Position numbers and translations under genes: made by a program
Assembly (NCBI GenBank): GCA_964016885.1
Contig: OZ024752.1
Coordinates: 11,780,001-11,844,000, forward strand
DNA length: 64,000 nt
Source: Eledone cirrhosa
Taxonomy: Eukaryota
Direction of reading: 5' to 3'
In this document: piece after piece, positions 39,095 through 56,742 of the stretch
Layout: the number at the start of each line of letters is the position of its first letter
Numbering within the stretch: the first letter of the stretch is position 1
Notes under the pieces: model-generated
The model's database searches: none
Seen by the model: the letters and a program-made list of their open reading frames with translations, nothing else
Told to the model about the DNA's origin: nothing

Positions 39095-40873
39095 AGATTT
39101 GCTCATTAATGTATACGTCCGTTAATTAATGCTCTCATTAACTGAATACGGAAATCTCTTTATCATATCTTCCAATTTCATGTTAATAATAAATAATATC
39201 AATTAGGATAATGTCATAGATTTTCTTATAGCATTCAATTGAGATTGTATATTCTAAAAATTATCTTCTAATCATTTGATATTCCCTGTTAACCTTCAAA
39301 GCATAACAAATTCTTTTGGTTATATCCATTTCAAGAGATTCAAATCAAAAATGTAATTTCCTGTATTTAAACAGAAACGGAGAATTTATCATTCTTCGGT
39401 GTAGAAAAAAATGAATGTTAGCTTGTGGCTTCTTTTTCTCTCGCTCAGTTTAGAATCCATTGAGTTGATTAAAACTCTCGGAAATATTCTTAAATAACAT
39501 TTCAGCATGAGATAAGGGAAAAGAAATCCTACATTGGTGAACCAAGATGGTTTGAGAGAGGTAATGTCTTCCTCTGTTCATTGAATTGATTTCCCGAGAG
39601 AGCGGGCAATGTTTTACTTCAATAATCTAAGAATATTAGGCTATATCATTGACAGCCACCCAGAAAGCAGAGTATAGTAGGTATAATATATCGGTACCCT
39701 AACATTATGAGCGAAAACATCACGCGTAGGTAACAGTAAATGAAATACTGGTTGATGAAAGTGGATTATTTCTATAACATTTCTCTCTGTGTACCGTTAG
39801 ACCGAGCAGAAGAATATTGATTTATTATTGAGCTTTAATTTTGGTGAAAATACTTGACAAAAGAATGGGCAGTGTGTTTGTGGTGTAGTGAGAAAGGTGA
39901 AAGGCTTCTAATAATTGAAATATATGGGATAGTGCCAAAAAACCGATGTAGAACTATAGTAAACTTAATTCCTACATTAAACAGTGTCCTTTAGTCACGT
40001 CCCTGATGCAACATTTAACACGATACTATTTTGATTTCCTGGTATCGAAAAGAGAGAGAAATATTTGTGTATATGTGAAAGAGCTTTAATTTTTAAAATA
40101 TATTGAAAACACTACTAAGTTCTAATAGAATTCGCTTTCATCAAGATTTTCCATAATTTCGTATGAGTTTATTCCGTCTTATTTCGAAAAGTAAAGTTCC
40201 CAAATCTTTCATAAACAATTCCAGAATCTCGTAGTGTAATCATCTGGAGAAAGTGATGTTGGCAGGTGTTGCTGTCTCTTTATAATAGACAGGACCAGTG
40301 GGGTTAACACATGAATAAACAACACATCTATCTTATAGATATACCCCACAAAATTACATGATTAATAATAGAAGCAATACTGATAGTACATCACAATGCT
40401 ATAATAATTGTTTCTACTTTCGGCAAAAGGCCAGCAATTATCCCAGTGTATTACTGGTACTTTATTTTTATCGACCCCGTAAGGATGAAAGGCAAAGTTA
40501 ACCTCGGCGGGATTTGAACTCAGAATGACAAGGGCCGTAACTCTATGCGTCAAAGCATGGCGTCCGACCCTCTACCGGTACTGCCAACCCAACACCCGGC
40601 ACACTATCATAATAATAAACACAGATAAGATGAAATTGTCAGAAAGAAAGATAATCACCTGACGACCAAACATTAAAATCCCAATGATAATGAGTAGGTT
40701 AATGACTTGCAGAAGAAGAGGTCAACAACAGTTCACTGAAAAGGTGAAACATGGAATATGTGAAAACCTTAATGATGGGCTTTGGAAATTTTCCGCTTTT
40801 GCCAAACTATAAGAAATCCATCAATTACAACCAGACCACAGACAAACACAGGCACACCTAACATAGCAAACCA

Positions 40874-40876
<3 letters not shown>
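39095..40876. repeat. Arm 2 of the inverted duplication, with ~395 bp extra (39331-39725) and SINE 40400-40600
   Basis: Reverse complement of 29611-31005. Confidence 0.9.
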
Positions 40877-40904
<28 letters not shown>

Positions 40905-40906
<2 letters not shown>

Positions 40907-41122
40907 AACGATCGACTTTCGTCAAATCGGACCGAGGGAACAATGTTTCCGTTGGTCTTTCCAATTGCTAATACTATCTATCGGTCGCAACTCCAGGTAG
41001 AAGGAGCAACGTGAAATAAAGTGTCTTGCTCAAGGACATAACACATCGCCTGGTCCAGGAATCGAACTCACAACCTTACGATTGCGAATCCAATTCTCTA
41101 ACCACTCAGCCAGACGCCTTCT
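40905..41122 (-). mobile_element. Family 3 SINE
   Basis: GGCTGAGTGGTTAGAG A-box, GTTCGATTCC B-box, CCTTGAGCAAGACACTT. Confidence 0.85.
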
Positions 41123-41137
41123 ATATATATATATATT

Positions 41138-41270
41138 ATAGAAATGGCTTCTACGGGACTAGAACTGTTTCATTTTCAGGAGAAATCATCAGGGATTCCT
41201 GAAACAGTTCTAGTCCTGTAGAAGCCATTGCTGTATCAAATATTTATACTCTACTATGTATTGAGTACCT

Positions 41271-41275
<5 letters not shown>
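41138..41275. mobile_element. Family B-related inverted fragment with hammerhead core (minus 41147-41196)
   Basis: CTGATGA TTTCTCCTGAAAAT GAAACAGTTCTAGTCC(C/T)GTAGAAG; tail TATGTATTGAGTACCTTACT shared with 21686. Confidence 0.7.
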
Positions 41276-41338
<63 letters not shown>

Positions 41339-41609
41339 ATAATAATAACTTTGAAGACTAAAATCCCAAAAGGGCTCGATAAGGATAAATATATATCAAA
41401 TATATAAAGAACCGTAGAGCAGAAGATACCGTTAAGGGTGAAAGCAGCGATTCTTTGCTTAAACTTTAATCTGTTATTTTAATATATATATAAATAATTG
41501 TTTCTACTTTAGGCACAAGGTCAGCAAATACCCAGTGCATTACTGGTACTTTATATATATAAATAATGATGCTATAGTGATAAATACTCCATTTATTACT
41601 ATTATTATA

Positions 41610-41640
<31 letters not shown>

Positions 41641-41955
41641 TATATACGATATTAAACAAATGGAAACTATATTTATAAAACCATATTTATTTCATTATAT
41701 ATATTTCAGGGATATCATATTAAAAATATGGTTTTAAATATAGTTTTAAATACGGTTTTATAAATACGGTTTTATTAATATAGTTTCCATTTGTTTAATA
41801 TCGTAAACCTACTCCAAAACCTGTTGAGTGCTTTTATATCAGTTATAAAATATTTACTCGTTGTAACCCAACAATTTTAAATAAAACTTTTGCATATATA
41901 TATATATTATAATAATAGTAATAAATGGAGTATATATCACTATAGCATCATTATT

Positions 41956-42015
41956 TATTTCGTTATATATATTTCAGGGATACTAAGTTATAGTATGTCT
42001 TCTTCAGACAAAATA
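41956..42015 (-). ncRNA. Type I hammerhead ribozyme (family G variant)
   Basis: TATTTTGT CTGAAGA AGAC-ATACTA-TAACT-TAGTAT-CCCT GAA ATATATAT A ACGAAATA. Confidence 0.7.
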
Positions 42016-42257
42016 CAATATTAGATATATAAAATGTTATGTGACATACTCGGAAAAACGCCCGCATGCGATCAATTCAAAACGGGTATGTCGGAACAAA
42101 TTGGAAAAAAACATTTTAGAGAAAAATAACAGGTTCATTCATGTTGCTATCTCTTAAATAGCTTAAATAGCTATATATATATATATATATAAGTTTTTTT
42201 TCCGATTCCATCCTGCCCGTCTCCTCAATCTTTCTATTTCTCGTACAAATATAAGTA

Positions 42258-42743
42258 TTAACCATCTTTTGTTATCAACCCGTCCAAAACTGACTCTGGT
42301 TCTATGAAATAAAACCACCCATTTTAAAGGTTTCCAATTCATTATAAAATTTTCCAACATAATTTTATATAAAAACCTTATATTAAGTTACTATCTTAGT
42401 AATTATAATTTTAGTAAAACCCTCAAAATTCTTCATAAAATAATTGAAATACAGGGTTCCTATTTAAATTAAAATCTTCCAACATAATTTTATATAAGAA
42501 CCTTACATGAAGTTACTATCTTATTAATGAAATAATTAATAATTTTTGTAAATCCCTCAAAATTCTTCATTAATTAATTAAAATACAGGTTTCCTATAAT
42601 ATAACTTTATATAAAATTTTACATTAGGTTGCTATCTTAGTAATGAAATAATTAATAACAAATTTTAATAAATCCTTCAAACTTCATCATTAATTCCTTG
42701 AAATAGAGTGTATTTCATTAAAAATATGGTCATGAAAGGGTTG
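42258..42743. mobile_element. Possible piggyBac-like MITE with three ~115-125-bp AT-rich internal repeats
   Basis: TTAA-CCATCTTT start, AAAGGG-TTGA end; repeated TTACTATCTTAGTAAT..CCCTCAAAATTCTTCAT. Confidence 0.45.
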
Positions 42744-43129
42744 ATCATTTTATCCTTTGTCGCCATGTCAGTTTAATGGGCAAATCTGTAAAATGGCAGC
42801 TAGAATGCTTTGCAATATTAAGTTATGATGGTTTCTGAATTTCAAATCCCGCCTGTTGTGTTCTCATCCGGTATCGATAAAATGTGTACCATATAGTCAA
42901 GCACTTGTGTTGGCGCAATCAATTATGTACAACCCCCTCCTCCTCACTGTTCTAGTGATATAAATCATCATCATCACCATCATCATTAGTATTAAGACTG
43001 CTTCAATCAATGATCTCTTTGCGAACATATAATATTTATGTAACATCGAAGCAAACAGATGTCTATAACTTACCTACTTTTCAGTAGTTCTTCCCCAACC
43101 TTTTACTCTTCCTTCTCCTAGCGAGTATA

Positions 43130-43535
43130 TTCTCTCTCTCTACACACACACACACTCTTTCTCTCCCCCCCCCCCTCTCTACACACACACACACTCTTTC
43201 TCCCCCTCTCTCTCTCTCTTTACACACACACACACTCTTTCTCCCCCTCTCTCTCTCTACACACACACACTCTTTCTCCCCCTCTCCCTCTCCACACACA
43301 CTCTTTCTCCCCCCCCCTCTCTCTCTCCACACACACACACACTCTTTCTCCCCCTCTCTCTCTCTCTCTCTCTATAAACACACACTCTTTCTCCCCCTCT
43401 CTCTCTACACACACACTCTTTCTCTCTCTCACTCTCTCTCTCTCTCCACACACTCTTTCTCTCTCTATCTCTCTCTCTCTCTCCACACACACTCTTTCTC
43501 TCTCCACACACACACACACACATATACACACACCT
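43130..43535. repeat. (CT)n(CA)n compound minisatellite
   Basis: Directly visible. Confidence 0.9.
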
Positions 43536-43886
43536 TTACAAAACACCTTTTTCATCTTCTGCAGCTGTTCGTCCGATCAGCATTACATGACATATCAGGT
43601 GATAGTTCCTTAAAATATGTAATCTTTCTCTTATCAATATATATAATGTTTATGTGCAGCAGAAATGTGACCTGTGCAACTCTAAGTGCGTTGATGTCAT
43701 TGGATTTCCGTGGATGTGCTTACTTATGCTTCTTTCTATCATTCTCTGTCCCACTTTTATTCCCTCTCCCAATCCGCCCCCCTCTATATATATATATATG
43801 TTTTCCTTCCCCCATAATCCCCCCCCCCCGTTAATGTCTTTCCACCACTCCTCCTCACACCCTCAGAACTCTTTTCCTTACCACTT

Positions 43887-43922
43887 TTCTCCTGATGAAG
43901 GGCTTATGCCCGAAACGTCGTC
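43887..43922 (+). ncRNA. Minimal hammerhead motif (family H)
   Basis: CTGATGA A-GGGC-TTAT-GCCC GAAACGTC; stem I partner poor. Confidence 0.55.
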
Positions 43923-44046
43923 CCCCACTCTCAAGCGTGAACCTAATACTAACACTTTGTACTGCACTCTTCGTTATTGTTTTTCCTTTTTGTTTTAATA
44001 TATATGGAGAAAATTGTAGTTTACTTGAAGCATTGCGTAATGAGGT

Positions 44047-44476
44047 ATAAACGTTTGGAGTTGGAAGGCCAAGATAATGCAGGTATGGACATAGAATATA
44101 AATGCAAATGCAAAAGATATTGTTGACAATTAGTCTTTTACCTTAAATTTATTTAAATTTATTTAAATTTATTTAAATAAATTTAAGGTAAAAGACTAAT
44201 TGTCAACAATATCTTTTGCATTTGCATTTATATTCTATGTCCATACCTTTATTTAAATTTATTTAAATTTATTTAAATAAATTTAAGGTAAAAAACTAAT
44301 TGTCAACAATATCTTTTGCATTTGCATTTATATTCTATGTCCATACCTTTATTTAAATTTATTTAAATTTATTTAAATAAATTTAAGGTAAAAAACTAAT
44401 TGTCAACAATATCTTTTGCATTTGCATTTATATTCTATGTCCATACCTGCATTGTCTTGGCAGTACAACTCCAAAC

Positions 44477-44482
<6 letters not shown>
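44047..44482. repeat. Palindrome whose right arm is triplicated with 100-bp period
   Basis: CCATACC at 44241, 44341 and 44441; left arm 44047-44150 is its reverse complement. Confidence 0.85.
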
Positions 44483-49213
<4,731 letters not shown>

Positions 49214-49304
49214 TCTCTTTTATCTCTTTTACCTGTTTCAGCCATCCGGCTGAGGCCATGCTGGGGCACCGCCCTTGTTGCTACACATTTTATCTCCAGC
49301 CTGT

Positions 49305-49504
49305 NNNNNNNNNNNNNNNNNNNNNNNNNNNNNNNNNNNNNNNNNNNNNNNNNNNNNNNNNNNNNNNNNNNNNNNNNNNNNNNNNNNNNNNNNNNNNNNN
49401 NNNNNNNNNNNNNNNNNNNNNNNNNNNNNNNNNNNNNNNNNNNNNNNNNNNNNNNNNNNNNNNNNNNNNNNNNNNNNNNNNNNNNNNNNNNNNNNNNNNN
49501 NNNN
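49305..49504. other. Assembly gap (200 N)
   Basis: N run. Confidence 1.
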
Positions 49505-50044
49505 GGGTATCGGTTAAGTCCGTGTTGAAGATCACTACAACCCCTTTCCTTTGGCCAGGAAAAGCAGGCAGCTTTTCCTCTGGTGGTTATGGAGAAAGAT
49601 GTTGTGTAATAGACGCAACATAATGGACTGAATTTAGACCCATTTCTCTCGGTCAAGCACTCATCAAAGTTTAGTTTTTCGAGTTTCATTTGGAATGGAA
49701 GATGGAGGGGAGCAGTAAGGTGTTACCCTCCAGAAAATTTGTTGAAGGATGGACAGGAATTGCAAACATGGTGGCAACATGTACCAATGTGGCGGGAGAT
49801 GATAGCTGATAGAATGTACTTAGTGGTTAGGGAGAAGCAAGTTTCTTTGAATGAACATAGATAATTGCCCCCCCCCCCCCCCCACCACCACCACCTCATT
49901 GTTGTTATTTTTCATTATCCATTGTTTTTGTTGTTTAATTTTTACATGCACTCATGTGTTTGTATCATGTCTTTGTAACCTTTTCTCGAACATACCTCAC
50001 ACCATGGACATTGAGGGTATGTCTTCCTTGTATATGTGGCCTCT

Positions 50045-53000
50045 AATGTGGTTTTCATACCTGAGTATTGAGCAGTTGTGGTAGTGTTTTCATAGCTTGG
50101 TATTAAACAGATGTGGTAGTGTTTGTTTTCATAGTTTGGTATTGAACAGATGTGATAGTTTGTTTTCATAGCTTGGTATTGAGCAGTTGTGGTAGTGTTT
50201 TCATAGCTTGGTATTAAACAGATGTGGTAGTGTTTGTTTTCATAGTTTGGTATTGAACAGATGTGATAGTTTGTTTTCATAGCTTGGTATTGAGCAGTTG
50301 TGGTAGTGTTTTCATAGTTTGGTATTGAGCAGTTGTGGTAGTGTTTTCATAGTTTGGTATTGAGCAGTTGTGGTAGTGTTTGTTTACATAGTTTGGTATT
50401 GAACAGATGTGATAGTGTTTGTTTTCATAGTTTGGTATTGAGCAGTTGTGGTAGTGTTTTCATAGTTTGGTATTGAGCAGTTGTGGTAGTGTTTTCATAG
50501 TTTGGTATTGAGCAGTTGTGGTAGTGTTTTCATAGCTTGGTATTAAACAGATGTGGTAGTGTTTGTTTTCATAGTTTGGTATTGAACAGATGTGATAGTT
50601 TGTTTTCATAGCTTGGTATTGAGCAGTTGTGGTAGTGTTTTCATAGTTTGGTATTGAGCAGTTGTGGTAGTGTTTTCATAGTTTGGTATTGAGCAGTTGT
50701 GGTAGTGTTTGTTTACATAGTTTGGTATTGAACAGATGTGATAGTGTTTGTTTTCATAGTTTGGTATTGAACAGATGTGATAGTGTTTGTTTTCATAGTT
50801 TGGTATTGAACAGATGTGATAGTGTTTGTTTTCATAGTTTGGTATTGAACAGATGTGATAGTGTTTGTTTTCATAGGTTGGTATTGAACAGATGTAATAG
50901 TGTTTGTTTTCATAGGTTGGTATTGAACAGATGTGATAGTGTTTTTTTTCATAGTTTGGTATTGAACAGATGTGGTAGTGTTTGTTTTCATAGTTTGGTA
51001 TTGAACAGATGTGATAGTGTTTGTTTTCATAGCTTGGTATTGAACAGATGTGATAGTGTTTGTTTTCATAGCTTGGTATTGAACAGATGTGATAGTGTTT
51101 GTTTTCATAGGTTGGTATTGAACAGATGTAATAGTGTTTGTTTTCATAGTTTGGTATTGAACAGATGTAATAGTGTTTGTTTTCATAGCTTGGTATTGAA
51201 CAGATGTAATAGTTTGGTATTGAACAGATGTGATAGTGTTTGTTTTCATAGTTTGGTATTGAACAGATGTGATAGTGTTTGTTTTCATAGTTTGGTATTG
51301 AACAGATGTAATAGTGTTTGTTTTCATAGGTTGGTATTGAACAGATGTGATAGTGTTAGTTTTCATAGGTTGGTATTGAACAGATGTAATAGTGTTTGTT
51401 TTCATAGCTTGGTATTGAACAGATGTGATAGTGTTTATTTTCATAGTTTGGTATTGAACAGATGTGATAGTTTTTGTTTTCATAGGTTGGTATTGAACAG
51501 ATGTAATAGTGTTTGTTTTCATAGTTTGGTATTGAACAGATGTGATAGTGTTTGTTTTCATAGGTTGGTATTGAACAGATGTGATAGTGTTTGTTTTCAT
51601 AGTTTGGTATTGAACAGATGTGATAGTGTTTGTTTTCATAGCTTGGTATTGAACAGATGTGATAGTGTTTGTTTTCATAGTTTGGTATTGAACAGATGTG
51701 ATAGTGTTTGTTTTCATAGCTTGGTATTGAACAGATGTAATAGTGTTTGTTTTCATAGTTTGGTATTGAACAGATGTGATAGTGTTTGTTTTCATAGCTT
51801 GGTATTGAACAGATGTAATAGTTTGGTATTGAACAGATGTGATAGTGTTTGTTTTCATAGTTTGGTATTGAACAGATGTGATAGTGTTTGTTTTCATAGG
51901 TTGGTATTGAACAGATGTAATAGTGTTTGTTTTCATAGGTTGGTATTGAACAGATGTGATAGTGTTTTTTTTCATAGTTTGGTATTGAACAGATGTGGTA
52001 GTGTTTGTTTTCATAGTTTGGTATTGAACAGATGTGATAGTGTTTGTTTTCATAGCTTGGTATTGAACAGATGTGATAGTGTTTGTTTTCATAGCTTGGT
52101 ATTGAACAGATGTGATAGTGTTTGTTTTCATAGGTTGGTATTGAACAGATGTAATAGTGTTTGTTTTCATAGTTTGGTATTGAACAGATGTAATAGTGTT
52201 TGTTTTCATAGCTTGGTATTGAACAGATGTAATAGTTTGGTATTGAACAGATGTGATAGTGTTTGTTTTCATAGTTTGGTATTGAACAGATGTGATAGTG
52301 TTTGTTTTCATAGTTTGGTATTGAACAGATGTAATAGTGTTTGTTTTCATAGGTTGGTATTGAACAGATGTGATAGTGTTAGTTTTCATAGGTTGGTATT
52401 GAACAGATGTAATAGTGTTTGTTTTCATAGCTTGGTATTGAACAGATGTGATAGTGTTTATTTTCATAGTTTGGTATTGAACAGATGTGATAGTTTTTGT
52501 TTTCATAGGTTGGTATTGAACAGATGTAATAGTGTTTGTTTTCATAGTTTGGTATTGAACAGATGTGATAGTGTTTGTTTTCATAGGTTGGTATTGAACA
52601 GATGTGATAGTGTTTGTTTTCATAGTTTGGTATTGAACAGATGTGATAGTGTTTGTTTTCATAGCTTGGTATTGAACAGATGTGATAGTGTTTGTTTTCA
52701 TAGTTTGGTATTGAACAGATGTGATAGTGTTTGTTTTCATAGCTTGGTATTTAACAGATGTAATAGTGTTTGTTTTCATAGTTTGGTATTGAACAGATGT
52801 GATAGTGTTTGTTTTCATAGCTTGGTATTGAACAGATGTAATAGTTTGGTATTGAACAGATGTGATAGTGTTTGTTTTCATAGTTTGGTATTGAACAGAT
52901 GTGATAGTGTTTGTTTTCATAGGTTGGTATTGAACAGATGTGATAGTGTTTGTTTTCATAGGTTGGTATTGAACAGATGTGATAGTGTTTGTTTTCATAG

Positions 53001-55290
53001 GTTGGTATTGAACAGATGTGATAGTATTTGTTTTCATAGGTTGGTATTGAACAGATGTGATAGTGTTTGTTTTCATAGTTTGGTATTGAACAGATGTGAT
53101 AGTATTTGTTTTCATAGGTTGGTATTGAACAGATGTAATAGTGTTTGTTTTCATAGTTTGGTATTGAACAGATGTGGTAGTGTTTGTTTTCATAGGTTGG
53201 TATTGAACAGATGTGGTAGTGTTTGTTTTCATAGTTTGGTATTGAACAGATGTGATAGTGTTTGTTTTCATAGGTTGGTATTGAACAGATGTAATAGTGT
53301 TTGTTTTCATAGTTTGGTATTAAACAGATGTGGTAGTGTTTGTTTTCATAGTTTGGTATTGAACAGATGTGATAGTGTTTGTTTTCATAGGTTGGTATTG
53401 AACAGATGTGATAGTGTTTGTTTTCATAGTTTGGTATTGAACAGATGTGATAGTGTTTGTTTTCATAGCTTGGTATTGAACAGATGTGATAGTGTTTGTT
53501 TTCATAGTTTGGTATTGAACAGATGTGATAGTGTTTGTTTTCATAGCTTGGTATTTAACAGATGTAATAGTGTTTGTTTTCATAGTTTGGTATTGAACAG
53601 ATGTGATAGTGTTTGTTTTCATAGCTTGGTATTGAACAGATGTAATAGTTTGGTATTGAACAGATGTGATAGTGTTTGTTTTCATAGTTTGGTATTGAAC
53701 AGATGTGATAGTGTTTGTTTTCATAGGTTGGTATTGAACAGATGTGATAGTGTTTGTTTTCATAGGTTGGTATTGAACAGATGTGATAGTGTTTGTTTTC
53801 ATAGGTTGGTATTGAACAGATGTGATAGTATTTGTTTTCATAGGTTGGTATTGAACAGATGTGATAGTGTTTGTTTTCATAGTTTGGTATTGAACAGATG
53901 TGATAGTATTTGTTTTCATAGGTTGGTATTGAACAGATGTAATAGTGTTTGTTTTCATAGTTTGGTATTGAACAGATGTGGTAGTGTTTGTTTTCATAGG
54001 TTGGTATTGAACAGATGTGGTAGTGTTTGTTTTCATAGTTTGGTATTGAACAGATGTGATAGTGTTTGTTTTCATAGGTTGGTATTGAACAGATGTAATA
54101 GTGTTTGTTTTCATAGTTTGGTATTAAACAGATGTGGTAGTGTTTGTTTTCATAGTTTGGTATTGAACAGATGTGATAGTGTTTGTTTTCATAGGTTGGT
54201 ATTGAACAGATGTAATAGTGTTTGTTTTCATAGTTTGGTATTGAACAGATGTGATAGTGTTTGTTTTCATAGTTTGGTATTGAACAGATGTGATAGTGTT
54301 TGTTTTCATAGGTTGGTATTGAACAGATGTGATAGTGTTTGTTTTCATAGTTTGGTATTGAACAGATGTGATAGTGTTTGTTTTCATAGGTTGGTATTGA
54401 ACAGATGTAATAGTGTTTGTTTTCATAGTTTGGTATTAAACAGATGTGATAGTGTTTGTTTTCATAGGTTGGTATTGAACAGATGTGATAGTGTTTGTTT
54501 TCATAGGTTGGTATTGAACAGATGTAATAGTGTTTGTTTTCATAGTTTGGTATTGAACAGATGTGATAGTGTTTGTTTTCATAGGTTGGTATTGAACAGA
54601 TGTGATAGTGTTTGTTTTCATAGGTTGGTATTGAACAGATGTAATAGTGTTTGTTTTCATAGTTTGGTATTGAACAGATGTGATAGTGTTTGTTTTCATA
54701 GTTTGGTATTGAACAGATGTGATAGTGTTTGTTTTCATAGGTTGGTATTAAACAGATGTGATAGTGTTTGTTTTCATAGGTTGGTATTGAACAGATGTGG
54801 TAGTGTTTGTTTTCATAGTTTGGTATTGAACAGATGTGATAGTGTTTGTTTTCATAGCTTGGTATTTAACAGATGTGATAGTGTTTGTTTTCATAGGTTG
54901 GTATTGAACAGATGTAATAGTGTTTGTTTTCATAGTTTGGTATTAAACAGATGTGATAGTGTTTGTTTTCATAGGTTGGTATTGAACAGATGTGGTAGTG
55001 TTTGTTTTCATAGTTTGGTATTGAACAGATGTGATAGTGTTTGTTTTCATAGCTTGGTATTTAACAGATGTGATAGTGTTTTTATAGCTTGGTATTGAAC
55101 AGATGTGATAGTGTTTTTATAGCTTGGTATTGAACAGATGTGATAGTGTTTTTATAGCTTGGTATTGAACAGATGTGATAGTGTTTTCATAGCTTGGTAT
55201 TGAGCAGATGTGATAGTGCTTTTATAACTTGGTATTGAACAGATGTGATAGTGTTTTCATAGCTTGGTATTGAACAGATGTGATAGTGTT
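50045..55290. repeat. 39-bp satellite (~135 units; 35-bp units at edges, 24-bp deletion units inside)
   Basis: TTCATAGTTTGGTATTGAACAGATGTGATAGTGTTTGTT. Confidence 0.97.
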
Positions 55291-55671
55291 TTCCCTTTCT
55301 CTTTTGTGTTTTTACCTTTGTCGTCAGTTTGGTTTCCATTTCTTGTCGAATGTATTCCCGACACCTAGGAAAGCAAAACACACTCCCTACATTGAGAAAT
55401 AAACACACCAGATTTTTCACATCACACACGTTATACAGTTACAAGTATATCATTTGCTTTATACATATCTTGTGCCAAAAATAGAAACAATTATATAGTC
55501 CTTTGATTTCATTTTATGTACAATGATTACCGAGTATCAACCAGATACTGAGGATAGGTATCTTTGGATTTGACAGTTGTCGATAGCTTTTTGTTTGTTT
55601 GTTCCGTCCTCACATTCACTTATCAAGTCAAATCACAAACGTTGTTGGGTAAATAAGTTTTAAAAAACAAG

Positions 55672-55908
55672 ATTATTTTCTAGTATAGGCACAAGGCCAG
55701 TAATATGGGAGAGGGGAAAAGTCGATTAAATCGACGCCAGTGCATTACTGGTACTTTATTTTATCGACCCCGTAAGGATGAAAGGTTAACTTTGCCTTTC
55801 ATCCTCACGGGGTCGATACAATATAGTACCAGTAACGTACTCTGGTCGATTTGATCGACTTTTCCCTCTCCCAAATTACTGGCCTTGTGCCTATACTAGA
55901 AATCATCA
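55672..55908. mobile_element. Two SINE 3' halves joined head-to-head (palindrome)
   Basis: 55679-55785 is the approximate reverse complement of 55795-55902. Confidence 0.85.
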
Positions 55909-55934
55909 TTATTATTATTGTTTCTTCATTCAGT

Positions 55935-56742
55935 TTCTAACAGTGGAAATGTATTACAGTGTTAGTTGTTCACTACCAGTGAACTGAGGTTACACCCCTT
56001 ATCTCAGCTTCTAACACTAGAGATGTATTACAGTGTTAGTTGTTCACTACCAGTGAACTGAGGTTACACCCCTTATCTCAGCTTCTAATGCTGGAGATGT
56101 ATTACAGTGTTAGTTGTTCACTACCAGTGAACTGAGGTAACACCCCTTATCTCAGCTTCTAACACTAGAGATGTATTACAGTGTTAGCTGTTCACTACCA
56201 GTGAACTGAGGTAACACCCCTTATCTCAGCTTCTAACACTGGAGATGTATTACAGTGTTAACTGTTCACTACCAGTGAACTGAGGTTACACCCCTTATCT
56301 CAGCTTCTAATGCTGGAGATGTATTACAGTGGTAACTGTTCACTACCAGTGAACTGAGGTAACACCCCTTATCTCAGCTTCTAATGCTGGAGATGTATTA
56401 CAGTGTTAACTGTTCACTGCCAGTGAACTGAGGTAACACCCCTTATCTCAGCTTCTAATGCTGGAGATGTATTACAGTGTTAGTTGTTCACTACCAGTGG
56501 ACTGAGGTAACACCCCTTATCTCAGCTTCTAACACTAGAGATGTATTACAGTGTTAGTTGTTCACTACCAGTGGACTGAGGTAACACCCCTTATCTCAGC
56601 TTCTAACACTGGAGATGTATTACAGTGTTAGTTGTTCACTACCAGTTAACTGAGGTTACACCCCTTATCTCAGCTTCTAATACTGGAGATCTTTTACAGT
56701 GTTAGTTGTTCACTACCAGTTAACTGAGGTAACAACCCTTAT
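55935..56742 (-). repeat. 74-bp minisatellite (~11 copies) made of the 3' UTR of the adjacent R4-like LINE
   Basis: GTATTACAGT at 55951, 56025, 56099 and onward; lies between the LINE stop codon (56739) and the (AAT)n tail (~55905-55920). Confidence 0.85.

Noticed and set aside
49505-49830. Possible decayed LINE RT fragment on the minus strand
   Set aside because: Only vague similarity (ERNGSKFSP..VIFNTDL); too degraded to call
50683-55098. 1471-aa Cys-rich ORF and antisense MKTNTITSVQYQ ORFs
   Set aside because: Pure 39-bp satellite with no unique N- or C-terminal domain
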